Shown here: in pieces, positions 49,248-59,132 of the stretch
How the letters are laid out: every line of letters starts with the position of its first letter
Position numbering within the stretch: position 1 is the stretch's first letter
Source: an uncultured Pseudoteredinibacter sp.
GTDB taxonomy: Bacteria; Pseudomonadota; Gammaproteobacteria; Pseudomonadales; Cellvibrionaceae
DNA length: 64,000 bases
NCBI RefSeq assembly: GCF_947502065.1
Contig: NZ_CANMYE010000014.1
Coordinates: 140-64,139, forward strand
Direction of reading: 5' to 3'
The notes under the pieces: model-generated
The model's input: the letters and a program-made list of their open reading frames with translations, nothing else
Told to the model about the DNA's origin: nothing
Database searches by the model: none
Position numbers and translations under genes: made by a program

Positions 49248-50312
49248 ATGAGTGATCAAGCTAGCCAACAAAGTGAAGAAATCACCGGCAAGGTTTTTGC
49301 TGATATTGCCGGTGCCATCGGTGTGTTAATGGCATTTCTTGGCGATCAAGCAGGTGTTTATAAAGCGATGGAAAATGCAGGGCCGGCGACACTGGAAAAG
49401 CTATCGGATATTACTGGCGTCAATCAGCGTTACTTGCAAGAGTGGCTAGCCTGCAATACGGCCCAAGGTTATTGCCAATACAATGACAGTACAAACGAAT
49501 ATTTTTTAACGCAAGAACAAGCAGCCTTGTTTGCTCACGAAGGTGAGCCTACTTGCCTGCAAGGTTTCTTTCAGTGCATTGTCGCTCAGTATGAAACCCA
49601 TGAAACCGCCAGTGATGTTTTTAAGAGTGGCCGCGGACGCCCTTGGGGCGAGCACAGCAATTGTTGCTTTTGTGGAACCGATCGTTTTTTCCGCCCAGGT
49701 TATGCGGCCAATTTAATTAGCAGTTGGATTCCTTCACTGCAAGGTATGGAAGGCAAGCTGGCCGCCGGCGCTAGAGTGGCTGATGTTGGCTGTGGCCATG
49801 GCTCTTCTACTATTTTAATGGCTAAGCAATTTCCACAAAGTACAATCATCGGCTACGACTTCCATGAACCTTCCATTGAGATTGCGCGACAAAAAGCACG
49901 TGACGAGGGATTAAGCAATGTGGAATTTCATGTATCGGATGCAGGCAGTTTTGAAGGTAAGGACTTTGATTTGGCCTGTATCTTCGATGCCCTTCACGAT
50001 ATGGGTGATCCTGTTGGCGTCGCACAACATATTCGCAACAGTTTAAAAGATGATGGAAGTTTTATGTTGGTTGAGCCGCTGGCCGGCGATACCCTGCAAG
50101 AAAACAGTAATCCGCTAGGTGCAATATTCTATGGCTTTTCGACACTTATTTGTGTGCCCACTGCCATCGCTCAAGATGCGAGCTACGCCCTTGGCGCTCA
50201 AGCTGGCGAGAAGCGCTTAAGCCAAGTATTGCGCGATGCGGGTTTCACTTCAGTAGAGAGGGTTAATGAAACCCCTAGCAATATGGTTCTAGAGGCCAGG
50301 GGCAATGTATAG
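49248..50312 (+). CDS. Class I SAM-dependent methyltransferase with N-terminal HTH
   Basis: RYLQEWL, VADVGCGHG, IFDALHDMGDP and ALGAQAGE motifs. Confidence 0.9.
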   Translation: MSDQASQQSEEITGKVFADIAGAIGVLMAFLGDQAGVYKAMENAGPATLEKLSDITGVNQRYLQEWLACNTAQGYCQYNDSTNEYFLTQEQAALFAHEGEPTCLQGFFQCIVAQYETHETASDVFKSGRGRPWGEHSNCCFCGTDRFFRPGYAANLISSWIPSLQGMEGKLAAGARVADVGCGHGSSTILMAKQFPQSTIIGYDFHEPSIEIARQKARDEGLSNVEFHVSDAGSFEGKDFDLACIFDALHDMGDPVGVAQHIRNSLKDDGSFMLVEPLAGDTLQENSNPLGAIFYGFSTLICVPTAIAQDASYALGAQAGEKRLSQVLRDAGFTSVERVNETPSNMVLEARGNV

Positions 50313-50339
50313 AACAGCGCAAATAGAGCTGGGCAAAGC

Positions 50340-50585
50340 TTAGTAATGCGGCGGGCGTTCCTGGGTCACTGTGCCCGGAGTGCCCTGTTCTACCGCATAC
50401 TGCATATCATCAATCTTTTTGGCCAAATGACTCAGCTGTAATTGCAAAGCTGCGATTTCTTTATCCTGCTGGGCCACTACATCATTGAGTTGGGCAATGG
50501 TGTCTTCGCTGTAAATTTGCCTTGCTTCCAGCTCGGCCAAGCGCTCTGCTTGCGACTCTAGCGCGGTTTGTTCATTGCCACTCAT
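50340..50585 (-). CDS. slyX: SlyX family protein
   Basis: Coiled coil ending in ERPPHY. Confidence 0.9.
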   Translation of the reverse strand: MSGNEQTALESQAERLAELEARQIYSEDTIAQLNDVVAQQDKEIAALQLQLSHLAKKIDDMQYAVEQGTPGTVTQERPPHY

Positions 50586-50640
50586 GTTGTTCACCTTCAA
50601 GTATAAAACGCTCGCTATTATAGCGGCTGCGAGAACTCGA

Positions 50641-51780
50641 TTACAGGCATTGATAAGCCGCTTCGATCAAGCGGATAGCCCGTGGATCGATCAATAAGCT
50701 TTGCCCCATATCTCGGGTGGTGTAAGAGAAGGCGATATCGTATTTAGGATCTGCAAAACCTAAGCAGCCGCCAGCACCTGGGTGACCAAAACCTTCACGG
50801 CCAAAGCGGCACTCGTCACGCTCATCGCTCAACATAAAACCCAAGCCAAAAGACAGCGGGGTTTTTAATACGCGATCACAATCACTATGACTATGCTGCT
50901 GCCTTAGGGCCAGTAGCGATTCTTCGCTTAATAGGCGACCTGGCTCTAACAATGCTTGATAGAAGGTAGCCATGCTGCGGGCATTGCTAGTGGCATTACC
51001 ACCAGGTATTTGCGCTTGACGCCAAGCTTGGGAGTTGGTGCCCACCATGATAGACATGGGATTAGTAAAGGCTTTTTGGGTAACACCGCCCGGCTCGTCT
51101 TTAAATATGCCCATTAGTTTGGCGGCATCTTTTGGCACATGGGCAGGCGCTAAACCGCGCACATCGGCCAGCAGGGTTTGTTGATCTTCCGGCAAGCCAA
51201 AGCTTGCGCGAATAGCTAGCGGTTTGGAGATATCTTTTTGTACCACATCATTAAAGCGCTCAGCAGAAGCTAGGCGACGGCTAATTTCGCCCCCTAACCA
51301 ACCAAACAGCATGGGTGAATAACCCTGATCTTGGCCTGGCTCCCACCAAGGCTGATCCTGGGCGATAGCTGCTGTTGCTTGCTGCCAATCATAGATGCTT
51401 TCATCGGCCATGGTTTGGCTGAATGCGCTGTAGCCAGAGCGGTGGCTTAAGATGTGCTTTATGGTAACGGTTGAGTTTTCAAACTCGGGCCAGATTTCTT
51501 GTAATGGCGTATCTAGGCTTAGGCCGGTGCGCTCAAGCTGTTGCAATACGCTAACCGCTACCAATGCTTTACCAGCTGAGAAGATATTTACGCAGGTATC
51601 CTGCTGCCAATCTTGCTGATCTTTTTTATCCTGCTTGCCGCCCCATAAATCGGCCTGTAATTCACCGCGATAATAGACCGCCAGTGCCGCGCCGGTATCA
51701 CCATGTTGATTAAAGCTTTGGGCAAATGCCTCCGCCAATGGGGCAAACTGACCACTAAAATTACCAGCAACTTCAACCAT
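50641..51780 (-). CDS. Serine hydrolase, beta-lactamase family (EstA-like esterase)
   Basis: IFSAGK (SxxK), LSHRSG, WWEPG and FGHPGAGG motifs. Confidence 0.88.
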   Translation of the reverse strand: MVEVAGNFSGQFAPLAEAFAQSFNQHGDTGAALAVYYRGELQADLWGGKQDKKDQQDWQQDTCVNIFSAGKALVAVSVLQQLERTGLSLDTPLQEIWPEFENSTVTIKHILSHRSGYSAFSQTMADESIYDWQQATAAIAQDQPWWEPGQDQGYSPMLFGWLGGEISRRLASAERFNDVVQKDISKPLAIRASFGLPEDQQTLLADVRGLAPAHVPKDAAKLMGIFKDEPGGVTQKAFTNPMSIMVGTNSQAWRQAQIPGGNATSNARSMATFYQALLEPGRLLSEESLLALRQQHSHSDCDRVLKTPLSFGLGFMLSDERDECRFGREGFGHPGAGGCLGFADPKYDIAFSYTTRDMGQSLLIDPRAIRLIEAAYQCL

Positions 51781-51966
51781 CTTGATACCTTTTATATGCT
51801 TTTTATGTTTTTCGTTCTGTCTATTGTTTGGTACATCTCTCTAGTTTGAATTATTCCACAGGCCATTGCGGCTGTTAACCCAAAAGATATGCTTTAAGCG
51901 GTCATCAACTGTTCATATTTCCATCACAGTGCAGTCATAATCCCAAAGCATGCTGCCAGCTAATAA

Positions 51967-52839
51967 ATGGATTTCCAGCAAGCAGCTGGTCAAGCAACAA
52001 AAAGGGCCCGCAATATGTCCATTAATAAACACAGCCCCAGTATGAACCCAGTACAGTGGCGCACTCTGTGGATCTCGGATGTCCACCTTGGTACTAAAGA
52101 TTGCAAGGCTGAGTTGCTTAATAATTTTTTAAAGCATCACCAGGCGGAGCAGCTGTATTTGGTGGGGGATATCTTGGACGGTTGGCGTATGCAAAATGGC
52201 GTTTATTGGCAGCGTTCTTTCACTCGCCTGATTCGCCGTATTTTAAAGCTCTCTAAACAAGGTGTGCCAATTCACTATATCACCGGCAACCATGATGAGT
52301 TTCTGCGCAAATACGCCAATAATGCTTTAGACAATATCCGCTTGGTTAACCGCTGTGTGCACACAACCAAAGATGGCCGTCGTTTATTGGTCATTCACGG
52401 CGATCAATTTGATGGTGTGGCCCGTGCTACTCGTTGGTTAAAGTTTATCGGTGATAAGGGCTACGATTTATTGATGTTCCTTAATCGCTGTTATAACCGC
52501 TGGCGTGAAAAGTCGGGCCTTGGTTATTGGTCGTTGGCGAGCTTTTTGAAATCACGCATTAAGCGCGCAAAAACCTATATTGAGGAATATGAGAACGGTG
52601 TGGCTTATGCGGCCAGTCGCCAGGGTTACGATGGGGTTGTCTGTGGTCATATCCACCATGCGGCCCATAAAACCATTAATGGTATTGAGTACTACAATAC
52701 CGGCGATTGGGTGGAATCCTGTACGGCTTTGGCGGAAGATCATCAGGGGCAAATACATTTATTGCATTGGCCGGAGATGAAGAGTTTGGGTGGGAGTGAT
52801 GACTCAAAGGAACTATCAGAGCAGGCCAGCGCAGCATAG
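51967..52839 (+). CDS. LpxH-like metallophosphoesterase (UDP-2,3-diacylglucosamine diphosphatase family)
   Basis: ISDVHLG, VGDILD, GNHD, HGDQFD, CGHIH and NTGDWVES motifs. Confidence 0.85.
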   Translation: MDFQQAAGQATKRARNMSINKHSPSMNPVQWRTLWISDVHLGTKDCKAELLNNFLKHHQAEQLYLVGDILDGWRMQNGVYWQRSFTRLIRRILKLSKQGVPIHYITGNHDEFLRKYANNALDNIRLVNRCVHTTKDGRRLLVIHGDQFDGVARATRWLKFIGDKGYDLLMFLNRCYNRWREKSGLGYWSLASFLKSRIKRAKTYIEEYENGVAYAASRQGYDGVVCGHIHHAAHKTINGIEYYNTGDWVESCTALAEDHQGQIHLLHWPEMKSLGGSDDSKELSEQASAA

Positions 52840-52876
52840 AAACCTTCTACAATACTCGATAAGAAAGCCCTAAGCA

Positions 52877-52992
52877 GAGTGTCATAGCCCTAGTTCTCTT
52901 TGCTAGGGCGTCTTCGACTTGGAGGAGAAGGCGAACTTGGATGGACCCAGCTTTTTGTGTCCCTCGCAAAGAGAACTAGGGCTATGATACTC
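52877..52992. repeat. Second hairpin element with 27-bp inverted arms
   Basis: GAGTGTCATAGCCCTAGTTCTCTTTGC (52877-52903) versus GCAAAGAGAACTAGGGCTATGATACTC (52966-52992), one mismatch; between convergent genes. Confidence 0.85.
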
Positions 52993-53047
52993 GTTCAGAT
53001 CTGCACATCTTTACAACTCTGCCCTCTATAAAAGTGCGGTTAGCAAT

Positions 53048-53905
53048 CTACCCCGGCGGCGGCAACTCATGCCCGCAAGCTTTACAGTGCTTCGAATCAT
53101 GCTCATGTCCAGCCTTGCCACACTCTTCACAAAAGCGATGATCGCGGTGAGTTTGAATCTCGCGAGATAGCTCGGCCGTTAGAATGCCCGTCGGCACCGC
53201 AATAATGGAATAACCCGTCAGCATTACAAAACCGGCCACCATCTGCCCCGCCGTTGTTTGTGGGGTGATATCACCGTAGCCTACCGTGGTAATTGTAACG
53301 ATACACCAGTAGATGCTCTTTGGAATCGATGTAAAACCATGGGCCGGGCCTTCGACGACGTACATCAAAGAGCCAAACATCATTGCCAATACCAGTACCG
53401 TCGCAAAGAAAACAAAGATCTTTTGTCGTGATGCCAATAAGGCCCGAATAAGCACATTGGCTTCAGATAGATAGTTAGCTAATTTGAGAACTCGGAAAAT
53501 CCGTAAAACACGCAGGATACGAATCATCAATAGATAGGTTGCATCACCACTGATCAATGATAAGTACATCGGTAGGATAGAGAGCAGATCAACAATGCCA
53601 TAAAAACTACTGGCATAAGCCCAGCGGCTTTTGGCGCAGTATAAGCGCGCCACATATTCAAGCGTGAATATCGCAGTAAAGGCCCACTCTAAGCCCCAGA
53701 ACACCTCTCGATAAGCTTCACCAATCCAGCTTACCGAATCCAGCATAACCACCAGCACACTGAGCAGGATGACATAGATCAGCACGATATCGAAGGCCTT
53801 ACCTTCCGGGCTGACTGTACCAAAGATAATACGGCGCAACTTTAGCTTTAAACTATCAGCCGCAGGCTCCTGCTTGTCATCGACTTGATTTGCCCCAGAC
53901 ACCAT
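53048..53905 (-). CDS. Voltage-gated potassium channel-family ion transporter
   Basis: S4-like IRILRVLRIFRVLKL, selectivity filter TTVGYGD, C-terminal CEECG..CKACG zinc motif. Confidence 0.92.
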   Translation of the reverse strand: MVSGANQVDDKQEPAADSLKLKLRRIIFGTVSPEGKAFDIVLIYVILLSVLVVMLDSVSWIGEAYREVFWGLEWAFTAIFTLEYVARLYCAKSRWAYASSFYGIVDLLSILPMYLSLISGDATYLLMIRILRVLRIFRVLKLANYLSEANVLIRALLASRQKIFVFFATVLVLAMMFGSLMYVVEGPAHGFTSIPKSIYWCIVTITTVGYGDITPQTTAGQMVAGFVMLTGYSIIAVPTGILTAELSREIQTHRDHRFCEECGKAGHEHDSKHCKACGHELPPPG

Positions 53906-54028
53906 TTGTTCCTTTCTAGCATTAAGCTGCTCATTCTACCCAAACTCTGGCGTATCAGCCAAACTCGCCTAAAGCTATGAATTGCCATAGGGAATTCATA
54001 CAATAGGGCTTTTTATAAGGAACACGCT

Positions 54029-54376
54029 GTGCCTTTAAACCTTAAAGCACTGCAATGCCCACACTGCCAACATAAGCTTAGTAAAGCCGAGCAGGCCGAT
54101 AAGCTCTGGCGCAAGCAATTACTCGCCCGCGAGCCGGTAAGTTGCCCTAATTGTGGGGGGTATAGCAAGCTACCAGAGCAAGCGGAAAAACTGATCTCGG
54201 TTGGGGTGTTATGCTGCCTGATTATTGCGCCGCTGCTAGCCTATTGGCGAGATAGCGCAATGCCAGCTTTATCATTGTTTGCCCTCGGTATAGCCATGAT
54301 AGTGATGGGTGCCGCCCAGCAGCAGCTGCAAGCGTGTGACCACAGCCAAAATCAGAAAGAAGATCATCATGAGTAA
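54029..54376 (+). CDS. Hypothetical zinc-ribbon protein with two C-terminal TMs
   Basis: CPHC and CPNC pairs followed by two hydrophobic helices; GTG start with AAGGA; overlaps the yciH start. Confidence 0.65.
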   Translation: MPLNLKALQCPHCQHKLSKAEQADKLWRKQLLAREPVSCPNCGGYSKLPEQAEKLISVGVLCCLIIAPLLAYWRDSAMPALSLFALGIAMIVMGAAQQQLQACDHSQNQKEDHHE

Positions 54377-54692
54377 AAATTCCCGCCTCGTTTATTCCAC
54401 CGATCAAGGTCGTGTAAAAGAAGAGAAAGAAGTTGCTAGCGCACCTGAAGGTGATGGCATTGTTCGCATCATGCGTGAAACCAAAGGTCGCAAGGGCAAA
54501 GGCGTTACCCTGGTCACCGGTTTACAAATGGAAGCGGCTGAACTTAAAAAGCTAGCCAAACGCTTGAAGCAACTTTGTGGCACTGGCGGCAGTGTGAAAG
54601 ATTTTGTGATTGAGATTCAAGGTGATCAACGCGAAGTCATTAAGGCCGAGTTAGAAAAACAAGGTCATACGGTTAAGCTGGCCGGCGGATAA
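54369..54692 (+). CDS. yciH: Translation initiation factor SUI1-like protein
   Basis: LVYSTD, ETKGRKGKGVT, CGTGGSVKD and IEIQGD motifs; ATG at 54369. Confidence 0.93.
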   Translation: MSKNSRLVYSTDQGRVKEEKEVASAPEGDGIVRIMRETKGRKGKGVTLVTGLQMEAAELKKLAKRLKQLCGTGGSVKDFVIEIQGDQREVIKAELEKQGHTVKLAGG

Positions 54693-54698
54693 TACATA

Positions 54699-56228
54699 AT
54701 GATGAAACTGCTTCGCGAGCAGAAAAAGCTGCCCTACTTATTTTCTCTTGCTTGCGGTGCAAGCCTACCTTTGGCAATGGCTCCTTTTGATATCTGGCCC
54801 ATTGCCATTATCGCTTTAAGCCTATGGTTTCGCCTGCTGCTCGATAAACAGCATTCGCTAGGCTGGCACAGCTTCTTTTTTGGTAGCGGCTTGTTTGGCA
54901 TTGGCGCTTCGTGGGTGTATACCAGCATTCATGATTTTGGGCTGTCATCGGCACCCTTAGCTGGGGCCTTAACCGGCATATTTGTTCTCGCCTTAGCGTT
55001 TTTGTTCTGTATACCTTTTGTTATTTTTCAGCGTATCGTAGAAAAATTTAGTAGCACCGCTCGGCGTGATTCCAGCTTTGTGTTGGCGCTTGCAGCGGTA
55101 TACGTTTTAGGCGAATGGAGCCGTAGCTGGCTGTTTACTGGTTTTCCTTGGCTATATGTGGGCTACAGCCAGATCACAACATCACTTGCCGGCTGGGCGC
55201 CTATCGGAGGTGTCTTCTTATTGGACTTTGCTTTGGCTCTTTCGGCCGCAGCACTTGCCTTAGGTTTGGCGAAGCAAGGGCTAAGCCGCAAAGCAAAATA
55301 TCTAGCCTTGGCGCTGCTGCCTTGGCTCGCGGGCTTAGCTCTTCAAACCCTGCAATGGGCAGCGCCGCAAGGCGACAAGATTAAAGTCGCGATGATTCAA
55401 GCCAATATTCCACAAGAGCTAAAGTGGAAGCCGCATTTTCTGCAAACCACCATTGATCGTTACTTAAGTTTAAGCGATGAGCTTTGGGAAGATAGCGATT
55501 GGCTTATCTGGCCAGAGGCCGCTATTCCACTACCGCTACATCGAGCGAGAACCGTTTACGATTTAGTAGAGGAACGTGCGAAAGCTAGCCAAACCTTATT
55601 TATTACGGGCAGCTTGGTACGTGAGAATGGTCGCTATCATAACTCCGCTGTAGCACTCGGCATGGGTGATGGTGCTTACCACAAGCGCAAGCTTGTGCCC
55701 TTTGGGGAATATGTGCCCTTAGAGGAATGGCTGCGCGGGACGATTAGCTTTTTTAATCTGCCTACCTCGATTATTAAACCGGGCCCAGAAAATTACAGCC
55801 GTTTAAATAATCATTTGCAAGCTGGCACTCAGCTTACGCCATTAATTTGTTATGAGATTGTGTACCCCGAGCTGGCACGCGCGAAAGATAATGAACACCC
55901 TGTTTTGATTACCCTCAGCAACGATGCCTGGTTTGGTAAATCAATTGGGCCTTTGCAGCATATGCAAATAGCGCAAATGCGCGCTTTAGAGAATCAGCGT
56001 TATTTATTGCGAGCAACTAACACCGGAATCACCGCGATTGTGGGGCCTGATGGAAAAATACTTAAGCAGGCCGAGCAATTTAAACAGACTCATCTAAGCG
56101 GCGAAATCTATCAAATGCAAGGCAGCACACCGTTTGCACGTTTCGGCAATTTATTGGCCTTGCTGTGCTGCTTGCTATCGCTGGCTTTGTTTGGCCATAA
56201 ACAATGGCGCTTACACCGCTTGGCGTAA
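54699..56228 (+). CDS. lnt: Apolipoprotein N-acyltransferase
   Basis: TGFPWL, WPEAA, KRKLVPFGEYVP, ICYE, SNDAWFG and RATNTG motifs. Confidence 0.95.
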   Translation: MMKLLREQKKLPYLFSLACGASLPLAMAPFDIWPIAIIALSLWFRLLLDKQHSLGWHSFFFGSGLFGIGASWVYTSIHDFGLSSAPLAGALTGIFVLALAFLFCIPFVIFQRIVEKFSSTARRDSSFVLALAAVYVLGEWSRSWLFTGFPWLYVGYSQITTSLAGWAPIGGVFLLDFALALSAAALALGLAKQGLSRKAKYLALALLPWLAGLALQTLQWAAPQGDKIKVAMIQANIPQELKWKPHFLQTTIDRYLSLSDELWEDSDWLIWPEAAIPLPLHRARTVYDLVEERAKASQTLFITGSLVRENGRYHNSAVALGMGDGAYHKRKLVPFGEYVPLEEWLRGTISFFNLPTSIIKPGPENYSRLNNHLQAGTQLTPLICYEIVYPELARAKDNEHPVLITLSNDAWFGKSIGPLQHMQIAQMRALENQRYLLRATNTGITAIVGPDGKILKQAEQFKQTHLSGEIYQMQGSTPFARFGNLLALLCCLLSLALFGHKQWRLHRLA

Positions 56229-56606
56229 CTCACCTTGAGGAATCACTTCCAGCAATTTCGAAACATGATCTAGCTCGATTTGGCTCAACATTTTCATTGA
56301 ATAGCTGACTGGCTTTTCGCCAGATAACTTCAAGGAAAAACGCCCCAGAATCGGCCCGCTGGCGGGAGAAAAGACATAGCGATAGAATTCGCAGTCACTC
56401 GCCTGCAGCTCGAACTTGTCTAATAGTTGCTGAATATAGGTCAAGCTGTTGGCGGCAATTGCCTGCTGACCATGACGGTTGTGCTCGGCCATAAATACCA
56501 TTTTGTGGCCATGATTATCGTACAAGCTAACTCGTATTGTAGCTGCTTGCTCCATTCGATCTAAGAGCTCAACATCCTCCAAATTTGGAAGAATATCTGC
56601 TTTCAC
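56211..56606 (-). CDS. Hypothetical protein
   Basis: 131-aa ORF with globular composition, GTG start after GGGGGACG; no recognised motif. Confidence 0.5.
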   Translation of the reverse strand: MKADILPNLEDVELLDRMEQAATIRVSLYDNHGHKMVFMAEHNRHGQQAIAANSLTYIQQLLDKFELQASDCEFYRYVFSPASGPILGRFSLKLSGEKPVSYSMKMLSQIELDHVSKLLEVIPQGELRQAV

Positions 56607-56968
56607 TTATCGTCCCCCTAGACAAAAAGCCTTGTACCCAATTTCTTTTAGCCATTTTGTATACAATTTCAAAGTGCTTTTATTCAGCGCTTTTAAAAGT
56701 TGTGGCTTTATATTGTGGTTTTATATTTATGGCGTTCTTTATGGTGTTCTTTATAGTGCTCTATTAGTTTATAGGCTTACTGCGTTACCCCAAAGCCAAT
56801 AAACAACGGCCTAACAGCCTGTTAAACCCGCATTCTGACCCGATCAAGCAGCGACAAAACTCAAAGGACATTGCACTAAATGAAATTTTTATCGTCTAAT
56901 GCAATGGCGGGTATAACCGCATGTTACTTTCTAACGCCAAACTTAACAAGAGCTGAACAGGATAATCC

Positions 56969-57817
56969 ATGGCCATCTATCGTCGCCTTATACTTCTTAT
57001 CGGCATATTGCTACTCAGTGCTTGCAGCAGCCAATATGCATATCGATTAGCCGATTGGTGGTTGGAAAACCAAATCGAAGAGTACCTCGACTTAAATCGC
57101 GAGCAGCAGCAGAAGTTAGCAGAAGCCATTGATGACTGGCATGTTTGGCACCAGCAAGAAGAGCTGCCGCGCTACCAAGAAATTCTGGCAAGCCTGCAAC
57201 AAAGCTTGGAGCAAGGTGAAATCTCTCCAGAGCAAATTCTAAAGCTCGAAGAAGAGGCTCAATCAGCATGGAAGCGCCTACTGCATAAAGGCGGCCCCTT
57301 ACTAGCCGAACTCACATTGGATCAAGATGAAAAGCAAAGACAGCAGTTATACAAGCAGATCGAAGAAAACAATGAAGAGCTTAGCGAAAAGTTCAACGAT
57401 CGCAGCGCCGAAGAGCGTCGCGAGCGCGGCCGCAAAGGTATGGAAAAGCAAGCCAAAGAGTATCTAGGCAAGCTCAGTTCAGAACAAAAAGCTAGAATTA
57501 AACAGTGGTCTGAAGAGTTTCAACTGGGCGCTGAAATCGAGCTGACTGAGCGCTTGCGCTGGCAAGAGCAATTTAGGGCTGTCTTAGAAGCGCCAAGAGA
57601 TGAACATAGCCAAGCAAAATTAATGGCCTTATTTGATAACCCAAGAGAAAACTGGACCGAGGAAAAACGCCAGTTAACGGACATTAATCGCCCATTGCAG
57701 CGCCAGTTATTTAGTGACCTATTAAAGCTGAGTAGCGATAAGCAAAAAGCTCGCTTACTAAAAACGCTTAAAAAATATCAAAAACTATTGGAGAAAATGG
57801 CCCAGCAAAAGCTCTAA
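56969..57817 (+). CDS. Helical lipoprotein (DUF6279-like)
   Basis: Lipobox LLSAC, YLDLNREQQ, WHVWHQQEELPRY. Confidence 0.75.
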   Translation: MAIYRRLILLIGILLLSACSSQYAYRLADWWLENQIEEYLDLNREQQQKLAEAIDDWHVWHQQEELPRYQEILASLQQSLEQGEISPEQILKLEEEAQSAWKRLLHKGGPLLAELTLDQDEKQRQQLYKQIEENNEELSEKFNDRSAEERRERGRKGMEKQAKEYLGKLSSEQKARIKQWSEEFQLGAEIELTERLRWQEQFRAVLEAPRDEHSQAKLMALFDNPRENWTEEKRQLTDINRPLQRQLFSDLLKLSSDKQKARLLKTLKKYQKLLEKMAQQKL

Positions 57818-57819
57818 GC

Positions 57820-58455
57820 TTAAGCTGGCTTTTGAGCTTCAATAGCGGCCCAAATATAGGTGAAGCAGTCTTCAGCATAATCCGATAGCTGATCTGCTTT
57901 GCCTTCATACAGGCACCAGCTGATCACACGGTTAATACCACCGGCGATCATTTCTGAAATAACATCATCGCGCAAATCACCCCGCACCAAACCTTGCTCC
58001 AAAGCCAGGCGATATACATCACGACCAATTTGACGGTGCTGAAAATGCGCAGGAGATGCACTTTGCAGCCAATAGGCGATAGGGATATTCAAGAAGACCA
58101 TGCGAGCAACTTCTGGCCTTTGCTGATAAAAACCCAAAATCACATCAACTTGAGCACGAACTTTATCCCGTATAGATATGGCCTGCTCTACTTTCTCTGC
58201 GGTCAGATCCGCTAAATCCTGCAAATCTTGCTCTACACAGGCCGCCAGTAGCTGCTCTTTATTACCAAAGTACTTATAAACAGTTTTCGGACTAACCTTC
58301 GCTTGAGTACAGATATCGCGAATACCCACCTCATGGAACAAGCCCTGCGAAAACAAGCTAACCAATACTGTGCGCAACTTTTCAAGAGCGGCCGGAGAGA
58401 TTAAGCGCTTGTCCGCACTCTCCTGCTCTGTGTTTGCTACTTGGCTCTCGCTCAT
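57820..58455 (-). CDS. TetR/AcrR family transcriptional regulator
   Basis: IRDICTQAKVSPKTVYKYFGNKEQL helix-turn-helix. Confidence 0.92.
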   Translation of the reverse strand: MSESQVANTEQESADKRLISPAALEKLRTVLVSLFSQGLFHEVGIRDICTQAKVSPKTVYKYFGNKEQLLAACVEQDLQDLADLTAEKVEQAISIRDKVRAQVDVILGFYQQRPEVARMVFLNIPIAYWLQSASPAHFQHRQIGRDVYRLALEQGLVRGDLRDDVISEMIAGGINRVISWCLYEGKADQLSDYAEDCFTYIWAAIEAQKPA

Positions 58456-58496
58456 TTTATACCTTTTAATCTTTGGCTTTTATCCGATTTACGAAC

Positions 58497-59090
58497 CTAC
58501 TGGTGTTCCGGAGAAATACCAACAAACTTCTCGTTAACGTAATCTCGCAACTCATCGGCTTCAGCCTCATAGTTACCTTGGCTGTAGTAGCTCTTATCAA
58601 TCACGATTCGCTTTCCGGGGCCATCAAAGCCAATCACAACAACAGGAACCTCACAGCGATGGGCAATGCGAATAAAGCCTGTTTTCCACTTATCTACCTT
58701 TGAGCGTGTACCTTCGGGGGTAATGGCTACCCAACATTTATCATGCTCGGCATAGTAGCTGGCTACCTGCTCTACCACGCCGCCAGCTGCGGAGCGATCG
58801 GTAGGAATACCGCCCAACCATTTCCAGGTACCCGCCATAGGCCAGAAAAAAGCTTCTTTTTTCATTAGGTAAGAGATTTTTACGCCTAGGCCCATAATAG
58901 CTGGCATGGCAACCACGAAATCCCAATTAGAAGTGTGCGGCGCTAGTGCCACCATGATCTTCTTTTCATTGGGCAAGGTGCCCTCAAGAGTCCAACCAAA
59001 CATACGCAATAAGCAACGACCTAGCCAACGGCTAAAGGCGTTACCTAGGCGGGGCATATTCTCGGGGGCTTCAGTTTTAATCGGTCCCAT
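58497..59090 (-). CDS. PlsC-like lysophospholipid acyltransferase
   Basis: APHTSNWD, GGIPTDR and ITPEGTR motifs. Confidence 0.9.
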   Translation of the reverse strand: MGPIKTEAPENMPRLGNAFSRWLGRCLLRMFGWTLEGTLPNEKKIMVALAPHTSNWDFVVAMPAIMGLGVKISYLMKKEAFFWPMAGTWKWLGGIPTDRSAAGGVVEQVASYYAEHDKCWVAITPEGTRSKVDKWKTGFIRIAHRCEVPVVVIGFDGPGKRIVIDKSYYSQGNYEAEADELRDYVNEKFVGISPEHQ

Positions 59091-59132
59091 TACTTCACCT
59101 ACTTACTCTTCACAGTCACAGCTATTTTATTA

